Source: an uncultured Thermoleophilia bacterium
GTDB lineage: Bacteria; Actinomycetota; Thermoleophilia; UBA2241
Assembly (NCBI GenBank): GCA_963695395.1
Contig: CAVOGK010000014.1
Location: forward strand, 64,354 to 128,353
Reading direction: 5' to 3'
DNA length: 64,000 nt
The first letter of the stretch is position 1; the number at the start of each line of letters is the position of its first letter. A model generated the notes under the pieces. It was not told the origin of the DNA. It ran no database searches and worked only from the letters and a program-made list of their open reading frames with translations. Positions 48,814 through 57,268 of this stretch are shown piece by piece. A program made the translations under genes and the position numbers.

Positions 48814-49512
48814 GTGATCCCTCTCCACGACGACATCCGGACGCGTCGCTTCCCGGCGGTGACGGTGGCGCTCATCGTCGCCAACGTCGCCGTCTTCATG
48901 GTCCAGCTCGCGTTGCCGCGCTGGGGCATCACGCTTCAAGGCTGGTACTACCTGCTGGGTGCGCGGCCTTTCGAGCTCACCCACCATCTCGACGTGCCGC
49001 CGTTCGGCTGGTTCCCGTGGTGGGCGACGCTGTTCTCGTCCATGTTCGTGCACGGCGGCTGGCTGCACCTGGTCTTCAACATGCTCTATCTCTGGATCTT
49101 CGGCAGCAGCGTGGAGGACGCCATGTCGCGGCCGAGGTTCCTGGCGTTCTACGTCATCTGCGGGATGCTGGCGACGACGGCCCAGGTGCTCGTGGCCCCC
49201 TCCAGCGACGTGCCGCTCATCGGCGCCAGCGGCGCCATCGCCGGCGTGCTCGGCGCGTACGTCGTGCTGTTCCCTCATGCCCGCGTGGTGACCGTCGTGC
49301 CGCTCATCTTCGTCTTCCCCGTCTTCGAGGTGCCGGCCTGGATCCTGCTCGCGGTCTGGTTTGCGCTCCAGGGCGTCGGCGGAGCGCGGTCATACGCCTC
49401 CGGGCAGCCCGGCGTCGCCTTCTTCGCCCACTTGGGAGGCTTCGTCGCCGGCATGCTGCTCGTGCTGCTCTTCGCCCGGCGCCGGCCCACGCGAGCGCGG
49501 GGTCGGGTGTAA
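48814..49512 (+). CDS. rhomboid family intramembrane serine protease
   Basis: HGGWLHLVFNMLYLWIFG, catalytic GASGAIAG and HLGGFVAG motifs. Confidence 0.9.
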   Translation: MIPLHDDIRTRRFPAVTVALIVANVAVFMVQLALPRWGITLQGWYYLLGARPFELTHHLDVPPFGWFPWWATLFSSMFVHGGWLHLVFNMLYLWIFGSSVEDAMSRPRFLAFYVICGMLATTAQVLVAPSSDVPLIGASGAIAGVLGAYVVLFPHARVVTVVPLIFVFPVFEVPAWILLAVWFALQGVGGARSYASGQPGVAFFAHLGGFVAGMLLVLLFARRRPTRARGRV

Positions 49513-49553
49513 GCTTGCGCGCGGGGCCTCGTCGAGCGCCCCGAGCACCAGCC

Positions 49554-50373
49554 ATGATGACCGCCGACTACCACATCCACACCCGGCTCTGCCCCCACGC
49601 GGAGGGCGAGGCGCGCGAGTACGTCGAACGCGCGATCGAGCTCGGCATGACCGAGATGGGATTCGCCGACCACCTGCCGTTCGTCGGCGGGTGGTCCCCG
49701 CGCTACGACCTCACGGACGACTGGGCCATGGGCCTGGATGAGCTGGACGACTACGTGGCGCTCATCCAGGGGCTGGCCCGGGAGTACGCTGCCGACGTGC
49801 GCATCCTGCTGGGCATCGAGGCCGATTTCATCCCCGAGATGCTCGACGACACGGCGGTGGTGCTGGCCACCTATCCCTTCGAGTACGTGATCGGCTCGAT
49901 ACACGTCGTCGGCGACCGCTTCGGCTTCGATCACCCCGAGATGGCAGCTCGGCTGGCCGCCTACGGACTGGATCGCATCTACGTCGAGAGCCTGGACCTC
50001 TCGAGGCAGGCCGCGGAGAGCGGCCTCTTCGACATCGTCGGCCACCTCGACCACGCCAAGAAGTTCGCCGGCCGGCCGGACGACGAACAGGCGGTGGCCG
50101 CCGCCGCGTCCGGCGCGCTGCGTGCGGCGGCGGCGGCCGGCATGGCTATCGAGCTCAACACCGGCGGCCTGCGCAAGCCGGTCGACCGAAGCCTTCCCCG
50201 GTCCGGCGCTGCTGGCCGAGGCCGCCGCCCTCGGCATCCCGCTCGTCCTCGGCTCGGACGCGCACCGGCCCGGCGACGTGGGCCACCAGTTCGCGCGCGC
50301 CGCGGAACTCGCCCGTGAAGCCGGATACACCGGCGTCCTCCGCCTGTCGACGGACGAGCAGGAGGCGCTCTGA
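49554..50373 (+). pseudogene. PHP-family histidinol-phosphatase-like protein, apparent +1 frameshift near 50186
   Basis: DYHIHT...GFADH...GSIH...GHLDH PHP metal motifs. After ..GLRKPVD the protein continues in the next frame (EAFPGPALLAEAAALGIPLVLGSDAH..) to TGA 50371-50373. Confidence 0.75.
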
Positions 50374-50374
50374 G

Positions 50375-51265
50375 GTGATCCGCCCCGGCCGCCGTATCGC
50401 CGCCATCTTCAACCCGCAGTCCGGCGGCGGGGGGTACCGCCGCGACGTGCCGCTCATCTTCGAGGCGCTCCGCGGGCTCGGCTACGCGGTGGAGGAACTG
50501 GAGACGGCAGGGCCCGGCGACGCGACGCGGCTCGCGCGCGAAGCGGTGGCTGCCGGGTTCGACCTCGTCTGCGCTATCGGCGGCGACGGGACCGTCAACG
50601 AGACGATCAATGGCCTTGCCGGCAGCGAGACACCGCTGGCCATCGTCCCTACCGGCACCGTCAACGTCCTCGCCATGGAACTCGGGATCTCGCTCGATCC
50701 TCCGGACGCGGTCCGTCTTCTGGAGGCGCCCGTGGTCTCGTGGATCGACCTCGGCCTGGCCGGCGACCGCTACTTCGGGCTCATGGCCGGGGTCGGGATG
50801 GACGCCGCCGTCGTGGCCTCGCTCAACCCCATGATGAAGAAGGCGCTCAAGGAGGCGGCGTTCGCCGTGCAGGGCCTCGCCAACTACCTCACTCGCGAGG
50901 AGCCGCTGATCCGCGTGAGCTGCGAGGAGCGCACGGTGGAGGGCTATTTCGCCGTCTTTGGCAACTCCTCGAACTACGGCGGCGCGTTCGGCATCACGCC
51001 GCTGGCCGACATGCGCGACGGGCTGCTGGATGTCTGCGTGCTCACGGACAAGTCGTTTCTGAGCACGGTCTGGTACTGGACCGCCGCGCTCATCAACGCG
51101 CACATCAAGCACCCCAAGGTCGAGTACTTCCGCACGGAGCGTGCGTCGATCGCCGCCGTGGAGGCGGGCAAGGAAGTGCTCGTCCAGACCGACGGCGAGG
51201 TCGCCGGCAAGCTGCCGATGGAGTGCCGCATCGTGCCCCGCGCCCTGCGCGTGATCGTACCCTGA
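50375..51265 (+). CDS. diacylglycerol/lipid kinase family protein (YegS/BmrU-like)
   Basis: IFNPQSGGG...CAIGGDGTVNE...AIVPTGTVNV are DAGK catalytic-domain motifs. Confidence 0.85.
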   Translation: MIRPGRRIAAIFNPQSGGGGYRRDVPLIFEALRGLGYAVEELETAGPGDATRLAREAVAAGFDLVCAIGGDGTVNETINGLAGSETPLAIVPTGTVNVLAMELGISLDPPDAVRLLEAPVVSWIDLGLAGDRYFGLMAGVGMDAAVVASLNPMMKKALKEAAFAVQGLANYLTREEPLIRVSCEERTVEGYFAVFGNSSNYGGAFGITPLADMRDGLLDVCVLTDKSFLSTVWYWTAALINAHIKHPKVEYFRTERASIAAVEAGKEVLVQTDGEVAGKLPMECRIVPRALRVIVP

Positions 51266-51308
51266 CGGACTCCCTCTGCGGCGTCTGGCCCAAGCAGGAA
51301 CCCCGAGA

Positions 51309-51662
51309 ATGATCCCGCGCATGACGCCGCCCCCCGCGGCAGAGCTCGACGTCATTCACGAGACGACGCTGCGCCTGCCGGCCGAGGTCGGTGTCGTCTT
51401 GCCCGGGGCGGAAGCCCAGGAGCTGCGGGCGGAGGCCGGCGCCGACGTGGATTCGGACACGGGGCTCGTGCACATCCCGTCGCGGCTCGTCGAGGACGCT
51501 CTGGCCGCGGCGCCGCGCGACGTCCTTCTCGCCGGGCGGGACACCGCACGGGACGTGCACTGCGACGACGGCGACGTCCATCTCACGCTCGACGGCACCG
51601 GCTCGTACGAGCGTATCGCCGCCCTTGTCGCGGCCGCGGGCCGCGAACTGACCGGTCGCTGA
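51309..51662 (+). pseudogene. N-terminal fragment of an MttB-superfamily (trimethylamine/glycine-betaine methyltransferase-like) gene
   Basis: VIHETTLRLPAEVGVV...AGADVD...VHIPSRLVEDALAAAP...LAGRD matches the first ~100 aa of roughly 480-aa MttB-family proteins (from memory). The ORF stops after 117 codons. Confidence 0.5.
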
Positions 51663-51702
51663 GCAAGCGTTCGCGGCCGGTCGCCCGGCCGGGCGACCGG
51701 GT

Positions 51703-52296
51703 CTAGAGGCCCATCACCTGCGCGAGGGTGCGCAGGCGTTCGGCGTACTCCTTGCGCGCCTTCGCGTCGCGCTCGCGCAGCTCCGCCGGCGTCGCGACCG
51801 GCACGACCTTGAACGAAGGGTTGTCGAAGAGCCGGAGTTCGAGCGAATCGCCGGGCTCGTAGGGCCGGTTCTTGAAGAACTTGCCGAGCAGCAGGCGCGT
51901 CGTCTCCTCGCCTACCGCGATGACGTAGTGCGGCGTGGTGATCGTGAGCTCCTTGGACAGGTACGGATAGCAGGCGGTGAGCTCCTCGGCGCTGGGGGCG
52001 CGCTCGACGGAGCCGCTGCGGGGCACGCACTTGGCCAGGGTCGTCGCGTACACCTGGTCGCGACTCTCGGCGAGCGCCGGCATGAACTCGGCGAGTTCCG
52101 CAAGCACGGTCTCGCCGGCCACTCCGCCCTCGGTCTCGTCGGCCGGGACGGGTGCGAGGGAGACGAGCATCACCGTACAGTGCGGGTGCCCACCGCCGGG
52201 TACGGCGCGGAGCCGGCTTGCCACGAGCTCGTCGCAGCGGGTGCATTCGCCGACGCTCCGCGCCAGTCTGTGGAGTTGTTCGACCGCGTCTTCCAT
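51703..52296 (-). CDS. uracil-DNA glycosylase superfamily protein (family 4-like, divergent motif A)
   Basis: CTRCDELVASRLRAVPGGG...VMLVSLAPVPADETEG...TTLAKCVP. AAGGAGA RBS. Confidence 0.6.
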   Translation of the reverse strand: MEDAVEQLHRLARSVGECTRCDELVASRLRAVPGGGHPHCTVMLVSLAPVPADETEGGVAGETVLAELAEFMPALAESRDQVYATTLAKCVPRSGSVERAPSAEELTACYPYLSKELTITTPHYVIAVGEETTRLLLGKFFKNRPYEPGDSLELRLFDNPSFKVVPVATPAELRERDAKARKEYAERLRTLAQVMGL

Positions 52297-52312
52297 GAGT
52301 TCTCCTTGGTCA

Positions 52313-52337
52313 GTCCGGCCGGCTGCGCCGGCCGGAC
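52313..52337 (-). terminator. perfect 10-bp GC hairpin after the Roadblock gene
   Basis: GTCCGGCCGG-CTGCG-CCGGCCGGAC starts 3 nt downstream of the Roadblock stop. No U-tract. Confidence 0.4.
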
Positions 52338-52339
52338 GG

Positions 52340-52681
52340 TCAGGCGTCGGGCTTGATGAGGCGGTACTCGCAGGCGAGGGCGCTGGGCAGACCTACGAGC
52401 ACGAGCATGAGCTCGCCGCCGAAGGGGGCGAGCACGACGTTGAGGCCGTCGAACTCGACGGAGATGTACTTCGCCTCCGGCTGCGCGAGCTCGGTGGCGA
52501 GGCGGGCGCCGATGTCGATGACCCCGGCCACCTGGGCCGCCACGGCGTCCGTTCTGAAGTCCGCGTCGGCGTCGGCGGCGACGACGAATCCGTCGCGCGA
52601 GATGAGCAGTGCCGCGAGGATCCCGGGTGTCTCCCGGTAGGGGGTGAGCTGGGCGGCGAGGATGTCTGCCTGGTCGGTCAT
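52340..52681 (-). CDS. Roadblock/LC7 (MglB-like) domain protein
   Basis: GILAALLISRDGFVVAA...AAQVAGVIDIGARLATEL...EFDGLNVVLAPFGGELMLVLV is typical of Roadblock/LC7. The ATG overlaps the upstream stop (ATGA). Confidence 0.8.
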   Translation of the reverse strand: MTDQADILAAQLTPYRETPGILAALLISRDGFVVAADADADFRTDAVAAQVAGVIDIGARLATELAQPEAKYISVEFDGLNVVLAPFGGELMLVLVGLPSALACEYRLIKPDA

Positions 52682-52977
52682 CGCGCCTCCAAGGCGGTCT
52701 CGAGTTGGCTGCTCACCGCGGCGGCGAAGGCCTGCGCGGCGGCGTCGTCGGTGAAGGTCCGGGTGAGGCCCTCCCGCTTACCGGCGAGCTCACTGAGGAA
52801 GATGCCGGCGCGGGGGAGAGGTGACCCGTCGGTGTCGGGGAGCGATCCTTCGAGGGGCAGCTGGACCAGCGTGTCGCCGCTCACGAACAGCCTGCCGGTC
52901 TCACGTCCTGAGAGTCGCACCACGACCCGTACGGTGACGCCCTCGGTGACCTGCTGACTGGTGATGTCGATCTCCAC
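52678..52977 (-). CDS. hypothetical 99-aa protein translationally coupled to Roadblock
   Basis: GTG start. High G/C at third codon positions. No recognisable motif. Confidence 0.45.
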   Translation of the reverse strand: MEIDITSQQVTEGVTVRVVVRLSGRETGRLFVSGDTLVQLPLEGSLPDTDGSPLPRAGIFLSELAGKREGLTRTFTDDAAAQAFAAAVSSQLETALEAR

Positions 52978-53039
52978 ACCCGAAGACTAGCGATGCGAAT
53001 GGAGAGTGGCAAGGCGCGGGCCGCGAGCGGCCCGCTTGA

Positions 53040-54035
53040 TCACTGGGCAGCTGCGAGCGGGACGACGGTCCCGGCCACCTCCGCCGGAACGACGGGGGGC
53101 AGCGCCTCGTCGCGGGCGGCCGCCAGAAGGTCGTCGACGCGGCGCACCGTCGGGAAGGAGGAGGCGCCGGTCGCAAGCGTCTGCCGGCGCCCGGCGATGA
53201 GGTTTCCGCTCACCTCGCGGGCGAGGTCGGAGGCGGTCTGCCGTGCCTCGGTGAGCGAGAGGCCGGGGAGAACGAGCACGAGGCTGTCGGGTCGCACGCG
53301 GAAGGTGCGCCCGTCGGCGCAAAGCAGCCGTTCCGCACGTCGGGCGACGCCGCGGACGAGTTCTTCGCTGCCCTCGGCGCCGAGGAAGTTGCGGCTGTCC
53401 TCGTGGTGCTCCAGCCGCACGTACACGATGCTGAGCGGCCGGTGTTCCGCGAGGGCAGCCGCAGTCGATGCGTCCAGGAAGCCGGGCAGGCAGGCTGCGG
53501 TCGAAAGCCCCGTGCTCACGTCGACCTTGGGCGCGTGTGGCTGTCGTCGGACGCCGGCCGGCCGGCGACGGAGCCTGGTGGCCGCGACGCATCCGCCGGC
53601 GACCAGCACCGCGATCTTGGCGACACCCCCCGCGCGACTGCCGCCCAGCGACGGGTCGGCGATGGCCAGGACGACGATCAGGCCCAGGGCGGGACCGACG
53701 AGATATGGCCACTCAGCGCGTGGCGCGCCCGCGAGCTGCCCCATGGCGAGGAGCGGCACGGTACCGAGCAGCCAGCTGTCCGCGCCGCCGGAGAGGGCAA
53801 GAGCGAGGCCGAGGAGCAGCCAGTCGAGGACGACGAACGTGTGGGCGAGCTCGGAGGGGCGCACGCGCGCGACCCTCGCGGAGAAGACGCCGATGAGGAC
53901 ACCGCCCAGCGCCGGCACCGCCGCGGCGCGGTACCCCAGCGCCAGGACGACGACGGTGAGCAGCAGGAAGAAGAGGGTCCGGTAGCGTGCTCGCAGGAGC
54001 GCCGGGTTGCGGCGTCTGCGAGGTGGGCGGCTCAC
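53040..54035 (-). CDS. membrane protein with a degenerate (non-catalytic) GGDEF domain
   Basis: About 5 helices, then a GGDEF-fold pattern with STGLSTAAC (vs LTGLxNRR), VYVRLEHHED (vs DIDHFKxxND), RVRPDSLVLVLPG (vs RxGGDEFxxLLP) and LLAAARDEAL. Confidence 0.6.
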   Translation of the reverse strand: MSRPPRRRRNPALLRARYRTLFFLLLTVVVLALGYRAAAVPALGGVLIGVFSARVARVRPSELAHTFVVLDWLLLGLALALSGGADSWLLGTVPLLAMGQLAGAPRAEWPYLVGPALGLIVVLAIADPSLGGSRAGGVAKIAVLVAGGCVAATRLRRRPAGVRRQPHAPKVDVSTGLSTAACLPGFLDASTAAALAEHRPLSIVYVRLEHHEDSRNFLGAEGSEELVRGVARRAERLLCADGRTFRVRPDSLVLVLPGLSLTEARQTASDLAREVSGNLIAGRRQTLATGASSFPTVRRVDDLLAAARDEALPPVVPAEVAGTVVPLAAAQ

Positions 54036-54459
54036 TCGAAGGCCGTCCGCATCATGCGAGGCGTGAAAGGTGCGCGTTGCATGCAGGGACTATTCTGGCA
54101 GGGATCGACGAATCCTTCAAGGTCAAGTTAAGGGTTTGGGTTGAGCCGCCGACGCGCGCCTCAACAGGCCCCGCAATGGCGCCGGTGCCACCCGCGCCAC
54201 CACCCGCGCACCACCCGCGCCGCCCCGGCGCCACGAGCGGCGCCACCCGCGGCACCGGCCGACGCCGCCGCGGCACCGCTGCCGGAGCCGTCCGCGATAC
54301 CGCGTGGTATCTCCAGCGGTACCATCGGCGGTTCCGCGAGCGAGGGACAGAACGGCGTCCGTGCCACCGGCCGTGGCGTCCGCGCCACCGGCGCCGGCAT
54401 GCGGTCTCCCTCCGCCCGCCGGGGAGGCGGGGGCGACTGGCGCGCGGCTTCGGCTCGGC

Positions 54460-54465
54460 TATAAT
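54460..54465 (+). promoter_or_regulatory. putative -10 box TATAAT for leaderless iorA
   Basis: Consensus TATAAT in GC-rich DNA, 9 nt before GTG 54475. Shares CTATAATCGG with the aor upstream site. Confidence 0.45.
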
Positions 54466-54474
54466 CGGTCCCCC

Positions 54475-56265
54475 GTGGAACGCCAGCTCTTCTTCTCCGG
54501 AAACGAGGCGATCGCTCACGGCGCGGTCCGCGCCGGGGCGCGTTTCGCCTGCGGCTATCCCGGTACTCCCTCCACCGAGATCCTCGAGACGACCTCGCAG
54601 CTCGAGGGCATCCACAGCGAGTGGTGCGTCAACGAGAAGGTCGCCCTCGAGACGGCGGTCGGCGCGTCGCTCGCCGGTGTCCGCAGCATCGTGACCATGA
54701 AGCACGTCGGTCTCAACGTGGCCGCCGACCCCTTCATGACCCTGTCGCTGACGGGGGTCAACGCCGGTCTCGTCGTGGTCTGCGCCGACGATCCGGGCAT
54801 GCACTCCTCGCAGAACGAGCAGGACAACCGCAACTACGCCATGTTCGCGAAGACCCCCATGCTCGAGCCCTCCGACAGCCAGGAGGCCTACGACTTCGTC
54901 GCCGAGGCCTTCGCTCTCTCGGAGGAGTTCGACACGCCCGTTCTCCTGCGGACCACCACGCGTGTCTCGCACGGGCGCGGCCTGGTGTTGCCGCGCGTGC
55001 CGGTCGAGGCGCCGCCGCGCGAGTACGCGCGGGACATCAGCAAGTACGTCATGATCCCGCAGTACGCCCGGCAGCGGAACCAGCTCGTCCTCGAGCGCCT
55101 CGAGAAGCTGCGCGAGCGCGCCGACGAGAGCCCGCTCAACGTACTCGAGGCGGGCACGTCAGACTTCGGCATCATCGCCTCGGGCATCGCGTACGCCTAC
55201 GCGCGCGAGGCGTTTCCCAAGGCGTGGTTCCTCAAGCTGGGCCTCTCACATCCGCTTCCCTACGCCAAAGTCACGCGACTGTACGAACACGTTTCGCGTG
55301 TCGCCGTGGTCGAGGAGCTCGATCCGTTCTTCGAGACCCAGGTGCGAGCGCTCGGCCTGCCGGTGATCGGCAAGGCAGCCATCCCGGCGAACGGCGAGCT
55401 CGACCAGGAGATCGTCTTCCGCGCCCTGGAGCCGTACTTGCTGCGCAAGCCGCCGCGGCGCCGGCGGCCGGTGCCTCCGCCGGCGCCGCGCATCTCGAGC
55501 CCGCCGCAGCCGGCCGCCGGTCTGCCGGTGCGACCGCCGGTGCTCTGCGCGGGGTGCACGCACCGCTCCGTGTACACCGCCCTCCGGCGCCGCAAGCTTG
55601 CGCCCATGGGGGACATCGGCTGCTATACGCTCGGGGCGCTGCCTCCACTGCTGGCGCTGGACAGCTGTCTGTGCATGGGCGCCAGCATCGGCATGATGGC
55701 GGGCTTCAACAAGGCCCTCGGCCGCAAGGCGGCGGTCGCCGTGATCGGCGACTCCACGTTCTTCCACTCCGGGGTCACGCCGCTGATCGACGCCTTCTAC
55801 AACGAGGTCGACGGCATGGTGATGGTCCTGGACAACCACACCACCGCGATGACCGGCCATCAGGGCCACCCGGGAACGGGCCTGCGTCCGGACCACAGTC
55901 AAGGCCCGACCGTCGACATCCAGAGGCTCTGCGAGGGCATCGGCGTGCGCTGCGTCACCGTCGACGCCGGCGACTACCCGGCGCTGGACGCCGCCATCAA
56001 GGCCGAGGCGAAGGCCGCGGGCCTCGGCGTCATCGTCGCTCTCGCGCCGTGCGTGCTCACGACCCGTGAGAAGAAGGGCACGGTCGTCGTCGACGAGGAG
56101 CGCTGCAATCTGTGCGGCGTGTGCCTCGAGGTGGGCTGCCCGGCGTTGGCGCCCGGAGAGATCTCCATGTCGATCACCGAGTCCTGCACGGGCTGCAGTC
56201 TCTGCGTCGAGGTGTGCCGGCGCGGCTCCCTGAGCTTCGCCGGCGCCGCCGGGGAATCCACGTGA
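54475..56265 (+). CDS. iorA: indolepyruvate:ferredoxin oxidoreductase subunit alpha
   Basis: FFSGNEAIAHGAVRAGARFACGYPGTPSTEI N-terminus, TPP-binding GDSTFFHSG, C-terminal CxxCxxC...CxxCxxC ferredoxin motifs. Confidence 0.9.
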   Translation: MERQLFFSGNEAIAHGAVRAGARFACGYPGTPSTEILETTSQLEGIHSEWCVNEKVALETAVGASLAGVRSIVTMKHVGLNVAADPFMTLSLTGVNAGLVVVCADDPGMHSSQNEQDNRNYAMFAKTPMLEPSDSQEAYDFVAEAFALSEEFDTPVLLRTTTRVSHGRGLVLPRVPVEAPPREYARDISKYVMIPQYARQRNQLVLERLEKLRERADESPLNVLEAGTSDFGIIASGIAYAYAREAFPKAWFLKLGLSHPLPYAKVTRLYEHVSRVAVVEELDPFFETQVRALGLPVIGKAAIPANGELDQEIVFRALEPYLLRKPPRRRRPVPPPAPRISSPPQPAAGLPVRPPVLCAGCTHRSVYTALRRRKLAPMGDIGCYTLGALPPLLALDSCLCMGASIGMMAGFNKALGRKAAVAVIGDSTFFHSGVTPLIDAFYNEVDGMVMVLDNHTTAMTGHQGHPGTGLRPDHSQGPTVDIQRLCEGIGVRCVTVDAGDYPALDAAIKAEAKAAGLGVIVALAPCVLTTREKKGTVVVDEERCNLCGVCLEVGCPALAPGEISMSITESCTGCSLCVEVCRRGSLSFAGAAGEST

Positions 56266-56858
56266 ACGGGACGACCACGGTCTCGCTCGTCGGGGTGGGC
56301 GGCCAAGGCATCCTGCTCGGCGCCGCCGTCCTCGCGATGACCGCCGCCGGAGCCGGTCTCGAGGTCAAGGCCAGCGAGGTGAAGGGCATGGCGCAGCGCG
56401 GTGGCAGCGTGCTCAGCACCGTCCGCTTCGGAGAGCATGTCTGGTCGCCGGTCGCGCCGGTCGCCGACGTCGTCGTCGCCACGGAGCTCCTCGAGGGCAT
56501 CCGTGGCCTTGGTCTGCTCGGCGGGAGCGGTACGCTCGTCTGCGCGGCCACCACGCGGATCACGCCGGGAAGCGTGCTGCGTCGCGAAGACGACTACCCG
56601 GATGACCTTGCGGGCGCCGCCGCGCTTCGCGGCGTGCGCCTGCTGGCTCTCGACGCCGAGGCGATCGCCCGCGAGGCCGGTTCCCTGCGTGCCGTCAACA
56701 TCGCGCTGCTCGGCGCCGCCTCCACGGTCCTCCCGTTCGAGGAGGCGCAGTGGCGACGCGGCCTCGAGGCGGCTGTGCCGGCGAAGATCCTCGAAGTCAA
56801 TCTGCGCGCGTTCGAGCTCGGACGCGCCGCGGGCGCAAGTCTGGAGGTCGAGTCGTGA
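56262..56858 (+). CDS. iorB: indolepyruvate:ferredoxin oxidoreductase subunit beta
   Basis: GVGGQGILL...EVKGMAQRGGSV motif. GTGA overlap with iorA. Confidence 0.85.
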   Translation: MNGTTTVSLVGVGGQGILLGAAVLAMTAAGAGLEVKASEVKGMAQRGGSVLSTVRFGEHVWSPVAPVADVVVATELLEGIRGLGLLGGSGTLVCAATTRITPGSVLRREDDYPDDLAGAAALRGVRLLALDAEAIAREAGSLRAVNIALLGAASTVLPFEEAQWRRGLEAAVPAKILEVNLRAFELGRAAGASLEVES

Positions 56859-57268
56859 AGGTCACGCAGCTTACCGTGTTCCTCGAGAACCGCAGCGGTC
56901 GTCTGGCCGAGGTCGCCGATATCATCGGCAAGGCCGGCATCAACATCCGTGGCTTCTCCACTACGGAGGCGGCCGAGTACGGGATCGTCCGCCTGATCGT
57001 CACCGACCCGGATCGCGCGCGCACGCTGCTGCACGACGCCGGGTTCACGACCCATTTCTCCCAGGTCCTCTGCGTCAAGGTCGCCGACGATCCCGGCGGG
57101 CTCGCCCGCGTGCTCGACCAGCTCGCCGCCGCCGGCGTGTCCATCGACTACCTCTACAGCATCTCGTTCTGGAACATCTGCTTCGCGGTGCGTGACATCG
57201 ACCGCGCCATCGAGCTCCTCGCCGACAAGGTGGAGCTGCTCACCGACGAGCAGGTCCGGGCGCTGTGA
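56855..57268 (+). CDS. ACT domain protein
   Basis: Two ACT-like halves (LTVFLENRSGRLAEVADIIGKAGINI; VKVADDPGGLARVLDQLAAAGVSI). GTGA overlap with iorB. Confidence 0.8.
   Translation: MKVTQLTVFLENRSGRLAEVADIIGKAGINIRGFSTTEAAEYGIVRLIVTDPDRARTLLHDAGFTTHFSQVLCVKVADDPGGLARVLDQLAAAGVSIDYLYSISFWNICFAVRDIDRAIELLADKVELLTDEQVRAL

Noticed and set aside
54141-54464. 107-aa ORF and overlapping ORFs inside the iorA upstream spacer.
   Set aside because: Ala/Pro/Arg-rich low-complexity translation with only moderate third-position GC bias. There is no RBS, and the ORF runs through the repeats and into the TATAAT box.
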